Source of the DNA: Kiritimatiellia bacterium
GTDB lineage: Bacteria > Verrucomicrobiota > Kiritimatiellia > RFP12 > UBA1067
Reading direction: 5' to 3'
DNA: 64,000 bases
NCBI GenBank assembly: GCA_017520845.1
Contig: JAFXEU010000005.1
Span: forward strand, 12,660-76,659
The notes beneath the pieces are model-generated. The model worked only from the letters and a program-made list of their open reading frames with translations. It was not told where the DNA came from and did no database searches. Both the position numbers and the translations under genes were made by a program. Shown here one piece after another: positions 42,027-51,255 of the stretch (positions are counted from its first letter, which is position 1; each line of letters starts with the position of its first letter).

Positions 42027-42422
42027 ATGGCTAAACTTACTCTTGAAGATTTGCGCAAGATGCGCGAAGAGAAGCAGAAGGCGATGGATATGCGCGACAG
42101 CGCCAACAAGAACATCCAGGTCATCGTCGGCATGGGCACGTGCGGTATCGCCGCGGGCGCGAAGGACGCGTTCAGCGCTCTCATCGACGCGATCAACGAG
42201 AAGGGTCTCACCAACGTTCTCATCCGTCAGACGGGCTGCATGGGTCTTTGCCATTCCGAGCCCACGGTCGAGGTCATCATGCCCGAAATGCCCGCCATCA
42301 TCTACGGTAACGTCGATGCGGCGACGGCCAAGGAAATCGTTGAGAAGCACATCGTCGGCCATCAGCTGATCGACAACAAGATCTGCGACCGTCCTTCGAT
42401 CGACATCATCACCAACGGCTGA
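42027..42422 (+). CDS. hndB: Small thioredoxin-like [2Fe-2S] ferredoxin subunit (HndB-like)
   Basis: VIVGMGTCGIAAGA and QTGCMGLCHSEPTVEV. It lies between the NuoE-like and NuoF-like genes, as in hnd operons. Confidence 0.75.
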   Translation: MAKLTLEDLRKMREEKQKAMDMRDSANKNIQVIVGMGTCGIAAGAKDAFSALIDAINEKGLTNVLIRQTGCMGLCHSEPTVEVIMPEMPAIIYGNVDAATAKEIVEKHIVGHQLIDNKICDRPSIDIITNG

Positions 42423-42443
42423 AAGATCTAAGGAGCAAATATC

Positions 42444-44231
42444 ATGGCATTTGAATCATACGTATTGGTTTGCGGCGGCACCGCGTGCGTGTCGGGCGGC
42501 GGTGACAGCGTCGTCGAAACGTTCAAGAAGGAACTCGAGGCCGCCGGTCTCGCCGAGAAGGTTCAGGTAGTCGTTACCGGCTGTCTCGGTTTCTGCGAAC
42601 AGGGTCCGCTCGTCAAGATTCTTCCTCAGGGCACGTTCTACGTTCAGGTCAAGGCCGAGGACGTCAAGGAAATCGTCGCCGAGCACCTCATCAAGGGCCG
42701 CGTCGTTTCGCGCCTCTGCTACGATCCCGATCAGGCTAAGAAGCTCGTGGCCGATGCCAACATTCCTTTCTATCAGAAGCAGTACCGCGTCGTTTTGAGA
42801 AACTGCGGCGTCATCGATCCCGAGAAGATCGAGGATTACATCGCCCGCGACGGCTACAAGGCTCTCGAGAAGGTTCTCTTCGAGATGACGCCCGAGCAGG
42901 TCGTCGAAGAAATGCTCAAGTCGGGTCTCCGCGGCCGCGGCGGCGCGGGCTTCCCCACCGGCATGAAGTGGAAGTTCGCCCAGCAGCAGCCCAAGGGCCA
43001 GAAGTACATGGTCTGTAATGCCGACGAGGGCGACCCCGGCGCTTATATGGACCGCTCCACTTTGGAAGGCGATCCCCACTCCATCCTCGAAGCCATGACG
43101 ATCGCGGGCTTCGCGATCGGCGCTTCGAAGGGCTACATTTACATCCGCGCGGAATATCCGCTCGCCATTCAGCGTCTCGAGATCGCCATCAAGCAGGCCC
43201 GTGACCTCGGACTTTTGGGCGAGAAGATTCTCGGCAGCGACTTCGATTTCGACATCGAGCTCCGCTTCGGCGCCGGCGCGTTCGTCTGCGGCGAAGAGAC
43301 GGCTCTTCTCCAGTCGATCGAGGGTAACCGCGGCATGCCTAAGCCCCGTCCTCCGTTCCCGGCGGTCAAGGGTCTCTGGGGCCGTCCGACGGTCATCAAC
43401 AACGTCGAAACGCTCGCCAACATTCCCGTCATCATCAACAAGGGCGCCGAGTGGTTCAGCAAGATCGGCACCGAGACCTCGAAGGGTACAAAGGTCTTCG
43501 CTCTTACCGGTAAGGTCAACAACTCCGGCCTCATCGAAGTTCCCATGGGTACGACGCTCCGCGAAATCATCTTCGATATCGGCGGCGGCATCCGCGGCGG
43601 CCACGAGTTCAAGGCCGCTCAGACGGGCGGTCCTTCGGGCGGTATTATTCCTCCCCAGTTCCTCGACACTCCGATCGACTACGAAAACCTCGCGAAGATC
43701 GGCTCGATCATGGGTTCCGGCGGCTTGATCGTCATGGACGAGACCGACTGCGTGGTCGATATCGCCAAGTTCTACCTCGACTTCACGGTCGACGAGAGCT
43801 GCGGTAAGTGCTCGCCCTGCCGTATCGGCGGCCGCAAGCTTCTCAACTATCTCAACAAGATTACCGACGGCCGCGGCGTCGAAGACGACATCAAGCAGCT
43901 TGAGGCGATTTCCGACGCGATGTGCAAGGCTTCGCTCTGCGGTCTCGGTCAGACGGCGGCCAACCCCGTCAAGTCGACCTTGAGATACTTCATGGACGAA
44001 TACATGGCCCACATCAAGGACAAGAAGTGCCCCGCCGGCAAGTGCACGAAGCTCATCAGCTACGTCATCGAAGCCGAGAAGTGCAAGGGCTGCACGCTCT
44101 GCGCACGCAAGTGCCCCGTCAACGCCATTACCGGCACGGTCAAGAATCCCCACGTGATCGACCAGTCCAAGTGCATCAAGTGCGGTCAGTGCATCGCGAG
44201 CTGCAAGTTCGGCGCCATCTCGGTCAAGTAA
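42444..44231 (+). CDS. hndC: NuoF-like flavin/NAD(P)H-binding subunit of the [FeFe]-hydrogenase (HndC/HydB)
   Basis: N-terminal [2Fe-2S] ferredoxin fold, GLRGRGGAGFPTGMKW (FMN/NADH site), ESCGKCSPCRIG ([4Fe-4S]) and two C-terminal CxxCxxCxxxCP ferredoxin motifs. Confidence 0.9.
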   Translation: MAFESYVLVCGGTACVSGGGDSVVETFKKELEAAGLAEKVQVVVTGCLGFCEQGPLVKILPQGTFYVQVKAEDVKEIVAEHLIKGRVVSRLCYDPDQAKKLVADANIPFYQKQYRVVLRNCGVIDPEKIEDYIARDGYKALEKVLFEMTPEQVVEEMLKSGLRGRGGAGFPTGMKWKFAQQQPKGQKYMVCNADEGDPGAYMDRSTLEGDPHSILEAMTIAGFAIGASKGYIYIRAEYPLAIQRLEIAIKQARDLGLLGEKILGSDFDFDIELRFGAGAFVCGEETALLQSIEGNRGMPKPRPPFPAVKGLWGRPTVINNVETLANIPVIINKGAEWFSKIGTETSKGTKVFALTGKVNNSGLIEVPMGTTLREIIFDIGGGIRGGHEFKAAQTGGPSGGIIPPQFLDTPIDYENLAKIGSIMGSGGLIVMDETDCVVDIAKFYLDFTVDESCGKCSPCRIGGRKLLNYLNKITDGRGVEDDIKQLEAISDAMCKASLCGLGQTAANPVKSTLRYFMDEYMAHIKDKKCPAGKCTKLISYVIEAEKCKGCTLCARKCPVNAITGTVKNPHVIDQSKCIKCGQCIASCKFGAISVK

Positions 44232-44250
44232 CAGGAAAGGTCTTACAACA

Positions 44251-46050
44251 ATGTCTGAAGCTACAGAAATGATCAGCCTTGAAATCAACGGCCAGTCCGT
44301 TACGGTTGCCAAGGGCTCCACGATTCTCGCGGCTGCCAAGGCCGCCCACATCAAGATACCCACGCTCTGCTACCATCCCGATCTCAAGGCCGGTGCGAGC
44401 TGCGGTATCTGCGTCGTCCGTCAGCTCCTTCCGAGCCGCACCGAGCCCGGTAAGTTTGTGCCTTCTCCCAAGCTTCTTCGCGCCTGCTGCACCGAAGCGA
44501 CCGAGGGTATGAAGATTCTGACCCACGACCCCGATATCGTTCAGGTCCGCAAGACCGTTCTCGAGCTCATTCTCGCGAACCATCCTTCCGACTGCCTGCA
44601 GTGCCCCCGTTCGGGTTCCTGCGAGCTCCAGAACATCGCCGCCGATTTCGGCATCCGCGATATTCCGTTCCCGAAGGAGGTAATCCACCGCGATAACGAT
44701 ACCTCGACTCCTTCGCTCGTTCTCAATCCCGACAAGTGCATCAAGTGCGGCCGCTGCGCTGAAGTGTGCCAGCAGATGCAGAACGTCTGGGCTCTCGAGT
44801 TCATCGGCCGCGGCGAAAAGACCGTCATGGCTCCCGCAGCCGACGTTAAGCTCGCCGAGTCGCCCTGCATCAAGTGCGGTCAGTGCTCTGCCCACTGCCC
44901 CGTCGGCGCGATTTACGAGAACGACGAGACGGCTAAGGTCTGGGCGGCTCTCCGCGATCCCGCCAAGACCTGCATCGTCCAGATCGCTCCCGCCGTCCGC
45001 GTCGCTCTCGGCGAAGCTTTCGGCATGAAGCCCGGAGAGCTCACGACCGGTAAGATTTACGCGGCTCTCCGCATGCTCGGCTTTAACCAGGTGTTCGATA
45101 CGAACTTTTCCGCCGACGTCACGATCATGGAAGAGGGTACCGAGTTCATCAAGCGCTTCACCTCCGGCGGCAAGCTCCCGCTCATCACGAGCTGCTGCCC
45201 CGCGTGGACCGACTGGATGGAGAAGTACGCTCCCGACTTCACCGAGAACTTCTCGTCTGCGAAGTCTCCTCAGCAGATGCTCTCCGCTCTCGCGAAGACA
45301 TACTGGGCCGAGAAGAACAATGTCGCGTGCAACGATATCCACGTGACTTCCATCATGCCCTGCACGGCCAAGAAGTACGAGATCGCCCGCGACGAGCACA
45401 TGAAGTCCTGCGGTTGCCAGGATACCGATGTCGTCTTGACGACCCGCGAGCTCGCTCGTATGATCAAGGCCGCCGGTATCGACTTCCTGAGCCTTCCCGA
45501 ACAACCTGCCGACGATCTTCTCGGCGCTTACACGGGCGCCGGCACGATCTTCGGCGTAACGGGCGGCGTTATGGAAGCGGCTCTTCGTACGGCTTACTGC
45601 CTCATCACGAAGGAAGCTACACCTCCTTCGATCGACTTCAAGGAAGTCCGCGGTATGGAAGGCGTCAAGTCCGCCACGATCAAGATCGGTGACGCCGAGG
45701 TTAATGTCGCCATCGCTCACCAGATGGGCAATGTCGAGAAGGTCTTGAACCAGATCCGCGAAGACCTCAAGAACGGCGTCAAGCCGCGTTACGACTTCAT
45801 CGAAGTCATGGCTTGCCGCGGCGGTTGTATCGGCGGCGGCGGTCAGCCCTGCCTCGCGACCGACGAGGTTCGCGCCGCCCGCACGGCGGGTCTCTACACC
45901 GACGACGAGAAGGCTACGCTCCGCATGTCGCACCTCAACCCTGAGGTTCAGGCTCTCTACAAGGATTACCTCGGCGAGCCCGGCAGCGAGAAGGCCGAAG
46001 AGCTTCTCCATACCCACTATCACAAGCGCGAAGTCTACAAGTTCGACTGA
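44251..46050 (+). CDS. hndD: [FeFe]-hydrogenase catalytic subunit (HndD/HydA)
   Basis: N-terminal [2Fe-2S] plus His-ligated and 2x[4Fe-4S] domains. H-cluster motifs TSCCPAW, MPCTAKKYE and EVMACRGGCIGGGGQP. Confidence 0.92.
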   Translation: MSEATEMISLEINGQSVTVAKGSTILAAAKAAHIKIPTLCYHPDLKAGASCGICVVRQLLPSRTEPGKFVPSPKLLRACCTEATEGMKILTHDPDIVQVRKTVLELILANHPSDCLQCPRSGSCELQNIAADFGIRDIPFPKEVIHRDNDTSTPSLVLNPDKCIKCGRCAEVCQQMQNVWALEFIGRGEKTVMAPAADVKLAESPCIKCGQCSAHCPVGAIYENDETAKVWAALRDPAKTCIVQIAPAVRVALGEAFGMKPGELTTGKIYAALRMLGFNQVFDTNFSADVTIMEEGTEFIKRFTSGGKLPLITSCCPAWTDWMEKYAPDFTENFSSAKSPQQMLSALAKTYWAEKNNVACNDIHVTSIMPCTAKKYEIARDEHMKSCGCQDTDVVLTTRELARMIKAAGIDFLSLPEQPADDLLGAYTGAGTIFGVTGGVMEAALRTAYCLITKEATPPSIDFKEVRGMEGVKSATIKIGDAEVNVAIAHQMGNVEKVLNQIREDLKNGVKPRYDFIEVMACRGGCIGGGGQPCLATDEVRAARTAGLYTDDEKATLRMSHLNPEVQALYKDYLGEPGSEKAEELLHTHYHKREVYKFD

Positions 46051-46071
46051 TCGCCGTTGTGATAAACGGAC

Positions 46072-46116
46072 GAAAGGTTCCGCTCTACTGGGCGGAACCT
46101 TTCTTTTTTGTTTTTT
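46072..46116 (+). terminator. Rho-independent terminator of the hydrogenase operon
   Basis: 12-bp perfect stem GAAAGGTTCCGC/GCGGAACCTTTC, 8-nt loop, then TTTTTTGTTTTTT. Confidence 0.9.
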
Positions 46117-46129
46117 AGTAAATACCCGA

Positions 46130-46158
46130 TTGACAAAACCGACAAAATATGAGATACT
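46130..46158 (+). promoter_or_regulatory. Promoter of the tRNA-Leu/Glu operon (TTGACA-17 nt-GATACT with TGa extension)
   Basis: Consensus -35 TTGACA at 46130-46135, TG at 46150-46151 and GATACT at 46153-46158. The tRNA starts 12 nt downstream. Confidence 0.7.
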
Positions 46159-46170
46159 ATATCTCATGTA

Positions 46171-46255
46171 GCACCCGTGGTGAAATTGGCATACACGCCA
46201 GATTCAGGTTCTGGTGCCGCAAGGTGTGTGGGTTCAAATCCCACCGGGTGCACCA
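46171..46255 (+). tRNA. tRNA-Leu (anticodon CAG)
   Basis: Acceptor GCACCCG/CGGGTGC, anticodon stem CCAGA/TCTGG with loop TTCAGGT, long variable arm, T-loop TTCAAAT, encoded CCA. Confidence 0.9.
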
Positions 46256-46261
46256 AACTTT

Positions 46262-46336
46262 GGCCCCTTCGTCTATCGGCTAGGACATCTGGTTCTCATC
46301 CAGGAAAGAGGAGTTCGACTCTCCTAGGGGCTGCCA
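46262..46336 (+). tRNA. tRNA-Glu (anticodon CTC)
   Basis: GGCCCCTTCGTCTA... is a typical Glu 5' end. The anticodon loop is TTCTCAT, the T-loop is TTCGACT, and CCA is encoded. Confidence 0.88.
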
Positions 46337-46364
46337 ACCTATCAAACGAAAGTGCACTTGAGGA

Positions 46365-48248
46365 ATGCGGCCGGTGAAGAAGGCTTTAAGGATTTTTCTC
46401 AATTACTTCTTTAAGGCGATGTTATGTCTCTTCATCGTCTTAATTTTGTTTTTAGGCAGTTTGTTTTTCCGTGAGCAGAAATTACCCCGTTTTGTTCTAG
46501 CCTGGATCACGGAATCGTATTCGACAGATAATTTTACCGTCAACTGCGAGGCGGCTTATTTCAGTTTCCGTTACGGTTTACGTCTTCAATATATATCACT
46601 TGCAGATACGACACTTGAAGATTCATTCACAAGGCCGGTCGCATGCGCAAAAGACGTTCTTTATGATTTCCTGGATGACAAGCTCGTCATTCATAATCTC
46701 GAATATAAAAGGCTTCCGGACAGTTATTATTCGCCTTCAGATTCCGACGCTCCTCCCGCGCCGGTGGAGTTTGACATGCCGGATATAAAAAATCTCGAGG
46801 TTACTCTGATTTCACCCTCGATATTGGGGTTAGAGCCTGATAAAGTGTTTTTCAACGTAAAGACTTCTCCGGACGAAAAGAAGATTCTGATTGACAATGT
46901 CGAAGTTGTTCTTCCCGGGCAGGACTGCGATACGACAGTTAACGGAAATCTCATCTGCGATCTTGAAAGCCAGACCCTGCAGTCCAAAATGAGCGGAGCC
47001 GCCACGCAACGCCAGATAAGACCGCTTCTGGAAACGCTGGCTTTAGATTCTGTTCTGCCGTATATGGACGCCTTTACCGACATTACAAGGCCTGTCAAAG
47101 CGGAGTGTGAAATTACTGCCGATATGTTTACCGGCGATTTTTCCATGTTTCTTGATTTGGACGTTGAAAAAATGGGCAGATACAATTCCGTTCCGATGGC
47201 ATTTGCAGAAGGCGGCATAGAGTTTCATTCTAAAATTAATGACGACCATACGGCTATGGTCACAAAAGTTTCAGTAAACTCTTCCGAGGACTACGAGGGC
47301 AAATCTCTAACGGGTTGGCTGGCGGCAGATAATTTCAGCGGCAGGTTTAAAGTCAATTATGGTGTAAAAACCGGATTGAAAATCGAAGATTCGCTTAAAA
47401 TCGCAGATTTTATGGATCCGTCCATGCTGAGTTTCGTTCGTTTCGATTCTTCATCTTTCGTGACGGTCGACGGCTTTACGGGTACAACTTCCGAGAACAG
47501 CGATTTGAATAAGATACGTGGAGTTTTCGAGTCGGAGCAAGGTTCCATCGACGGTTTTAAGTTCGTGGATTTGACGGGAGGGTATTCGTTGAATGACGAC
47601 GTTATTGCGATCGACGCGGAGATGAAAGGTATCTGCGGCGGAAAGGTTAAATTGTCGACAACCGTATTCTGCGAAAAATTTGAAGAGGATAAGGCCCGTT
47701 TCAAGATAAAAGGGTCGTATCGAGACGGCTCGCTCAAAGAACTGGCCGATGCGCTTTCGTTCGATCTCGGAGAACGAAAGGGCGATGTCAGCATAGACCT
47801 CGACATATCGGGAGACTTTTCGACAAATATCTGGCAGACCGTAAACGGTAAAGGTAAAATAGAGGTCACTAACGGTCATCTTGCGAGGATGAAACTTTTT
47901 GCGGGTCTTACGGAGTCGCTGGCCGAGCGCGTGCCGGGCGTATCCTTTCTCGTAGATCAGACGCAGGCGTCGGCGGATGTCGTTTTTAAGAATGGCGTTT
48001 TAACCACTGAAAATCTTTATATCGACGGAGGAATGATATCGATTAAAGGCTGGGGGAGTTATGATATATCTCAGGACGATCTTGATTTTGTGATCCGCGT
48101 GCAATTTACCAGGGAGGAGTCGATCGCGGGGAAGATAGTGCATTATCTCACGTTGCCGTTCACAAAGCTTCTTCTCGAATTTAAGGTTTCAGGGCCGATA
48201 GACAATCCCAAATGGGAGAATATTCAAATCGTCGATAGGATTTTATAA
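46365..48248 (+). CDS. AsmA-like envelope protein (N-terminal TM anchor, long beta-rich body, AsmA-type C-terminal region)
   Basis: TM helix ALRIFLNYFFKAMLCLFIVLILFLGSLFF. The C-terminal segment ADVVFKNGVLTTENLYIDGGMISIKGWGSYDISQDDLDFVIRVQF resembles the AsmA-family C-terminus. The call rests on resemblance only. Confidence 0.5.
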   Translation: MRPVKKALRIFLNYFFKAMLCLFIVLILFLGSLFFREQKLPRFVLAWITESYSTDNFTVNCEAAYFSFRYGLRLQYISLADTTLEDSFTRPVACAKDVLYDFLDDKLVIHNLEYKRLPDSYYSPSDSDAPPAPVEFDMPDIKNLEVTLISPSILGLEPDKVFFNVKTSPDEKKILIDNVEVVLPGQDCDTTVNGNLICDLESQTLQSKMSGAATQRQIRPLLETLALDSVLPYMDAFTDITRPVKAECEITADMFTGDFSMFLDLDVEKMGRYNSVPMAFAEGGIEFHSKINDDHTAMVTKVSVNSSEDYEGKSLTGWLAADNFSGRFKVNYGVKTGLKIEDSLKIADFMDPSMLSFVRFDSSSFVTVDGFTGTTSENSDLNKIRGVFESEQGSIDGFKFVDLTGGYSLNDDVIAIDAEMKGICGGKVKLSTTVFCEKFEEDKARFKIKGSYRDGSLKELADALSFDLGERKGDVSIDLDISGDFSTNIWQTVNGKGKIEVTNGHLARMKLFAGLTESLAERVPGVSFLVDQTQASADVVFKNGVLTTENLYIDGGMISIKGWGSYDISQDDLDFVIRVQFTREESIAGKIVHYLTLPFTKLLLEFKVSGPIDNPKWENIQIVDRIL

Positions 48249-48251
48249 AAT

Positions 48252-49064
48252 ATGAATTTAACAAGTCCAAGTCAGGTAAAAGCGTGGTGTATCGAGAACG
48301 GGTTTCATCCCAACAAGGTGTTGGGACAGAATTTTCTTATCGACAGAAATGCGCTTTTAGGTATAGTCGACGCAGGATTGAAAGAGATCGTCGATTTAAA
48401 CGGAGCGAAGGTTCTGGAAGTCGGTCCGGGGCTCGGAGTTCTGACCGAGGAAATGCTTTCGCGCGGAGTTTCGGTAACGGCCGTGGAGAAGGATCCCGTT
48501 TTGGCTGCCCGTCTGAAGGAATCTTTGGGTTCTCCCGAAAAGCTTGACGTCGTCGCAGGCGACGCATTGAGGTATATTTCGGAGGGCGGCGCCGAAATTC
48601 AATATGACGCGATGGTTTCCAATCTGCCTTACCAGGCGGGGACCAGAATTCTGCTTGATCTCGTCATCGCCCGCCGTATTCCCTCGATGACGGTTCTTGT
48701 TCAGACGGAGGTAGCCGAGCGTCTCGCGGCGCCCGAAGGATCTAAAACGCGTTCCTTGTCGGGAGTCTGGGCGCAACTTGATTATGATGTTAAAATCTTG
48801 CGTAAGCTTCCTCCGAGTTGCTTCTGGCCCAGACCCCAGATATGTTCGAGTGTTGTCAAACTGGTGCGCCATGACAGAAATATCGCACTTTCTGCGGAAG
48901 AACGCAAACTTTTTCACAGTTTGACAAAAAGAGCATTCGAACATCGTCGCAAACAACTTGGCAGCATATTCAAAGATTTGATACAATCTACGGCAAGAGC
49001 AGAGGTGCTCTCTAACGAAGATTGGATAACTTTAGTGAAAGGACTGATAAATGAAAACGCCTGA
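48252..49064 (+). CDS. rsmA: 16S rRNA (adenine1518/1519-N6)-dimethyltransferase
   Basis: LGQNFLIDRN, VLEVGPGLGVLTEEM (SAM site) and VSNLPYQ. Confidence 0.92.
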   Translation: MNLTSPSQVKAWCIENGFHPNKVLGQNFLIDRNALLGIVDAGLKEIVDLNGAKVLEVGPGLGVLTEEMLSRGVSVTAVEKDPVLAARLKESLGSPEKLDVVAGDALRYISEGGAEIQYDAMVSNLPYQAGTRILLDLVIARRIPSMTVLVQTEVAERLAAPEGSKTRSLSGVWAQLDYDVKILRKLPPSCFWPRPQICSSVVKLVRHDRNIALSAEERKLFHSLTKRAFEHRRKQLGSIFKDLIQSTARAEVLSNEDWITLVKGLINENA

Positions 49065-50337
49065 AGAATTGCTTAAGGACAACGGTTTTGTTCTCGCCGA
49101 AGAGATAAACCGTCAGGCTATGCTCACTTCGCTTCTCTCCGAAATGGAGAAGGGCCTTAAGGGTGAAAAATCTTCATTGATGATGATCCCGACCTATGTC
49201 GGTGTCAACGGCAAGATTCCCGAGGGTGCGAAGGCTATCGTTCTCGACGCCGGCGGCACGAACTTCCGCGGCGGCATCGTAACCATTCCTCCGGCCGTCG
49301 AAGACAAATGCAATCAGCCCATGCCCGGAACGAAGGGCGAGGTTGACGTTGAATCTTTCTACAACGCTTTCGCCTCCGAGGTGAAGCGTCTCGACGGAAA
49401 GGCCACGGTCGAGAAGATCGGCTGGTGTTTCTCGTATCCTGCCGAGGCGACGAGCGATCTCGACGCGAGGCTAGTGCGCTGGACCAAGAACATCGAAGCT
49501 CCCGGAGTCGTAGGCCAGTATGTCGGCAAGGAGCTTCTCGCCCGCACGGGCGGCAAGTCGATCGCCGTCGTCAACGACACCGTCGCCACGCTTCTCGCCG
49601 CTAAGGCCACCGAGGGAGATAAGACGTATTCTTCGTATATCGGTTTCATTCTCGGTACCGGAACGAATACCGCGTACGTCGAGAAGAACAGGAACATCGT
49701 AAAGCTTCCCGACGCCGACCCCGAAGGTTCCATGATCATCAACGCCGAATCCGGTTCCTTCGACAAGGCTCCCGACAGCGTCTTCGACAAGGCCGTCGAC
49801 GCGAAGAGCGGAAATCCCGGCTTCGGACTTTTCGAGAAGAAGATCGCCGGCGCCTATCTCGGTCAGCTCGGGCTTGAGATCTACAAGGCCGCCGCCAGAG
49901 AGGGACTCTTCTCCGCCAAGGCCGCGTCGGCGATTCTCGGGCTCGGCTCTCTCGAGACCATGGATCTCGACAACTTCTGCGCCGCGTTCAAGAAGCCCGG
50001 CCGCGACAACGTTCTCGATACGATCTTCGCCGAGAGCGCCGACGCCGATGTCGCGCGCCGCCTCGGTATTCCCGTGTTCGAGCGCGCCGTCGTTCTCACG
50101 GCGATCCAGCTCGCCGCGTTCGTCATCAAGTCCGGCGAGGGAACGGACGCTTCCGCGCCCGTCGCGATCAACGCCGACGGTTCCACCTATTACAAGACGC
50201 GCGCCGTTCCGTTCGCCGACGATGTCCGCCGCGAACTCGACGAAATGCTTGTTAAGGATAGGAATATCCACTATACGATCACGCCTCAGGTCGATGACGC
50301 CCCCATGGTGGGCGCCGGCATCGCGGCTATGCTCTAA
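49051..50337 (+). CDS. Hexokinase-family sugar kinase (eukaryote-type hexokinase fold)
   Basis: VLDAGGTNFRGG (phosphate-1), GFILGTGTNTAYVE and INAESGSF. Overlaps the rsmA 3' end by 14 nt. Confidence 0.8.
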   Translation: MKTPEELLKDNGFVLAEEINRQAMLTSLLSEMEKGLKGEKSSLMMIPTYVGVNGKIPEGAKAIVLDAGGTNFRGGIVTIPPAVEDKCNQPMPGTKGEVDVESFYNAFASEVKRLDGKATVEKIGWCFSYPAEATSDLDARLVRWTKNIEAPGVVGQYVGKELLARTGGKSIAVVNDTVATLLAAKATEGDKTYSSYIGFILGTGTNTAYVEKNRNIVKLPDADPEGSMIINAESGSFDKAPDSVFDKAVDAKSGNPGFGLFEKKIAGAYLGQLGLEIYKAAAREGLFSAKAASAILGLGSLETMDLDNFCAAFKKPGRDNVLDTIFAESADADVARRLGIPVFERAVVLTAIQLAAFVIKSGEGTDASAPVAINADGSTYYKTRAVPFADDVRRELDEMLVKDRNIHYTITPQVDDAPMVGAGIAAML

Positions 50338-50351
50338 ACGGTCAACGATAC

Positions 50352-51236
50352 ATGAAAAAACTGATTTTCTGCGCCGTCGCGTCCGCGACGGCCGTCGCGG
50401 GAGCCGTAGAAATCGACGGTTACGCGGCGACTGTCGGCAACGTAACGATCCTAAAGAGCGACGTCCGCGATGAAATGCTTCGTCGCGGCGTCGCGGACGA
50501 GAGCCGTTACGTTGAATTCCGCAACAGACTCATTGAGCGCGAACTCATTCTGAAAGCCGCGGCGAACGCCAAGCTGACGATGCAGGACTGGGTCGTCGAG
50601 GATCGTATCCGTACGATCGTCGACGACTCGTTCGGCGGAGACCGCACGAAACTTGAAGCGATGCTGATCGAGCGGAAAATTTCCGAATCGGACTGGCGCA
50701 GAAAAATTAAAGAGGATATGGTCGTGGCGGCGATGCGCTGGACCGTGATCGACAAGAATCTGACGGCCTCTCCCGCAGAAATGCGCGAGGAATACGAAAA
50801 GAACTCCTCCCGCTATTCGGCGGGCGACAGGGTGAGCGTTTCCGTCATTCTTCTTTCGCCTGAGAACGCCGGCAGGAAAGCGGAGATAACGCGCCTTGTC
50901 AAGACGGTCGGATTCAATGAACTCGCTAAAAGATATTCATCGGATAAGCGAGCCAAGGAAGGCGGAGTTTACAGGGATATCGTTCCCGGCGACGAGTTCA
51001 GCGAGGTGGTCTGCGAAGAAATCGCCAAGACCCCCAAGGGCGCGATTTCGCAGTGGATTGAAATCGCCGGCTGGAATTTTCTTCTGCGTAAAGACGACGA
51101 GAAGAAATCGGCAAGGCGGCCTTTCGCCGACGCGTACGCGGATATCGAGGCGAACGTGAAAGCCGCGAAGGCGAAGCGCCTTTACGAGGAATGGATCGAA
51201 AGGCTTAAGGCGGAGACTTATATCAAGATACACTAA
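50352..51236 (+). CDS. Periplasmic SurA/PrsA-like peptidyl-prolyl isomerase (parvulin domain)
   Basis: Signal peptide, a SurA-N-like helical region, and the parvulin segment FNELAKRYSSDKRAKEGGVY...GAISQWIEIAGWNFLLRKDD. Confidence 0.7.
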   Translation: MKKLIFCAVASATAVAGAVEIDGYAATVGNVTILKSDVRDEMLRRGVADESRYVEFRNRLIERELILKAAANAKLTMQDWVVEDRIRTIVDDSFGGDRTKLEAMLIERKISESDWRRKIKEDMVVAAMRWTVIDKNLTASPAEMREEYEKNSSRYSAGDRVSVSVILLSPENAGRKAEITRLVKTVGFNELAKRYSSDKRAKEGGVYRDIVPGDEFSEVVCEEIAKTPKGAISQWIEIAGWNFLLRKDDEKKSARRPFADAYADIEANVKAAKAKRLYEEWIERLKAETYIKIH

Positions 51237-51255
51237 AAGATTGGATCATACAAAG

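Noticed and set aside
42456-46167. Two very long minus-strand ORFs (635 aa and 647 aa) antisense to hndC and hndD
   Set aside because: Their translations are low-complexity Arg/Ala/Gly/Leu/Asp-rich strings with no motifs. The + strand frames carry complete NuoF and [FeFe]-hydrogenase signatures. I treat them as typical shadow ORFs of GC-rich coding DNA.
46337-48260. Genomic island integrated at tRNA-Glu
   Set aside because: There is no integrase or recombinase, and I could not see a direct repeat of the tRNA 3' end downstream. The gene encodes a core-type AsmA-like envelope protein. I retained it only as a compositional observation.
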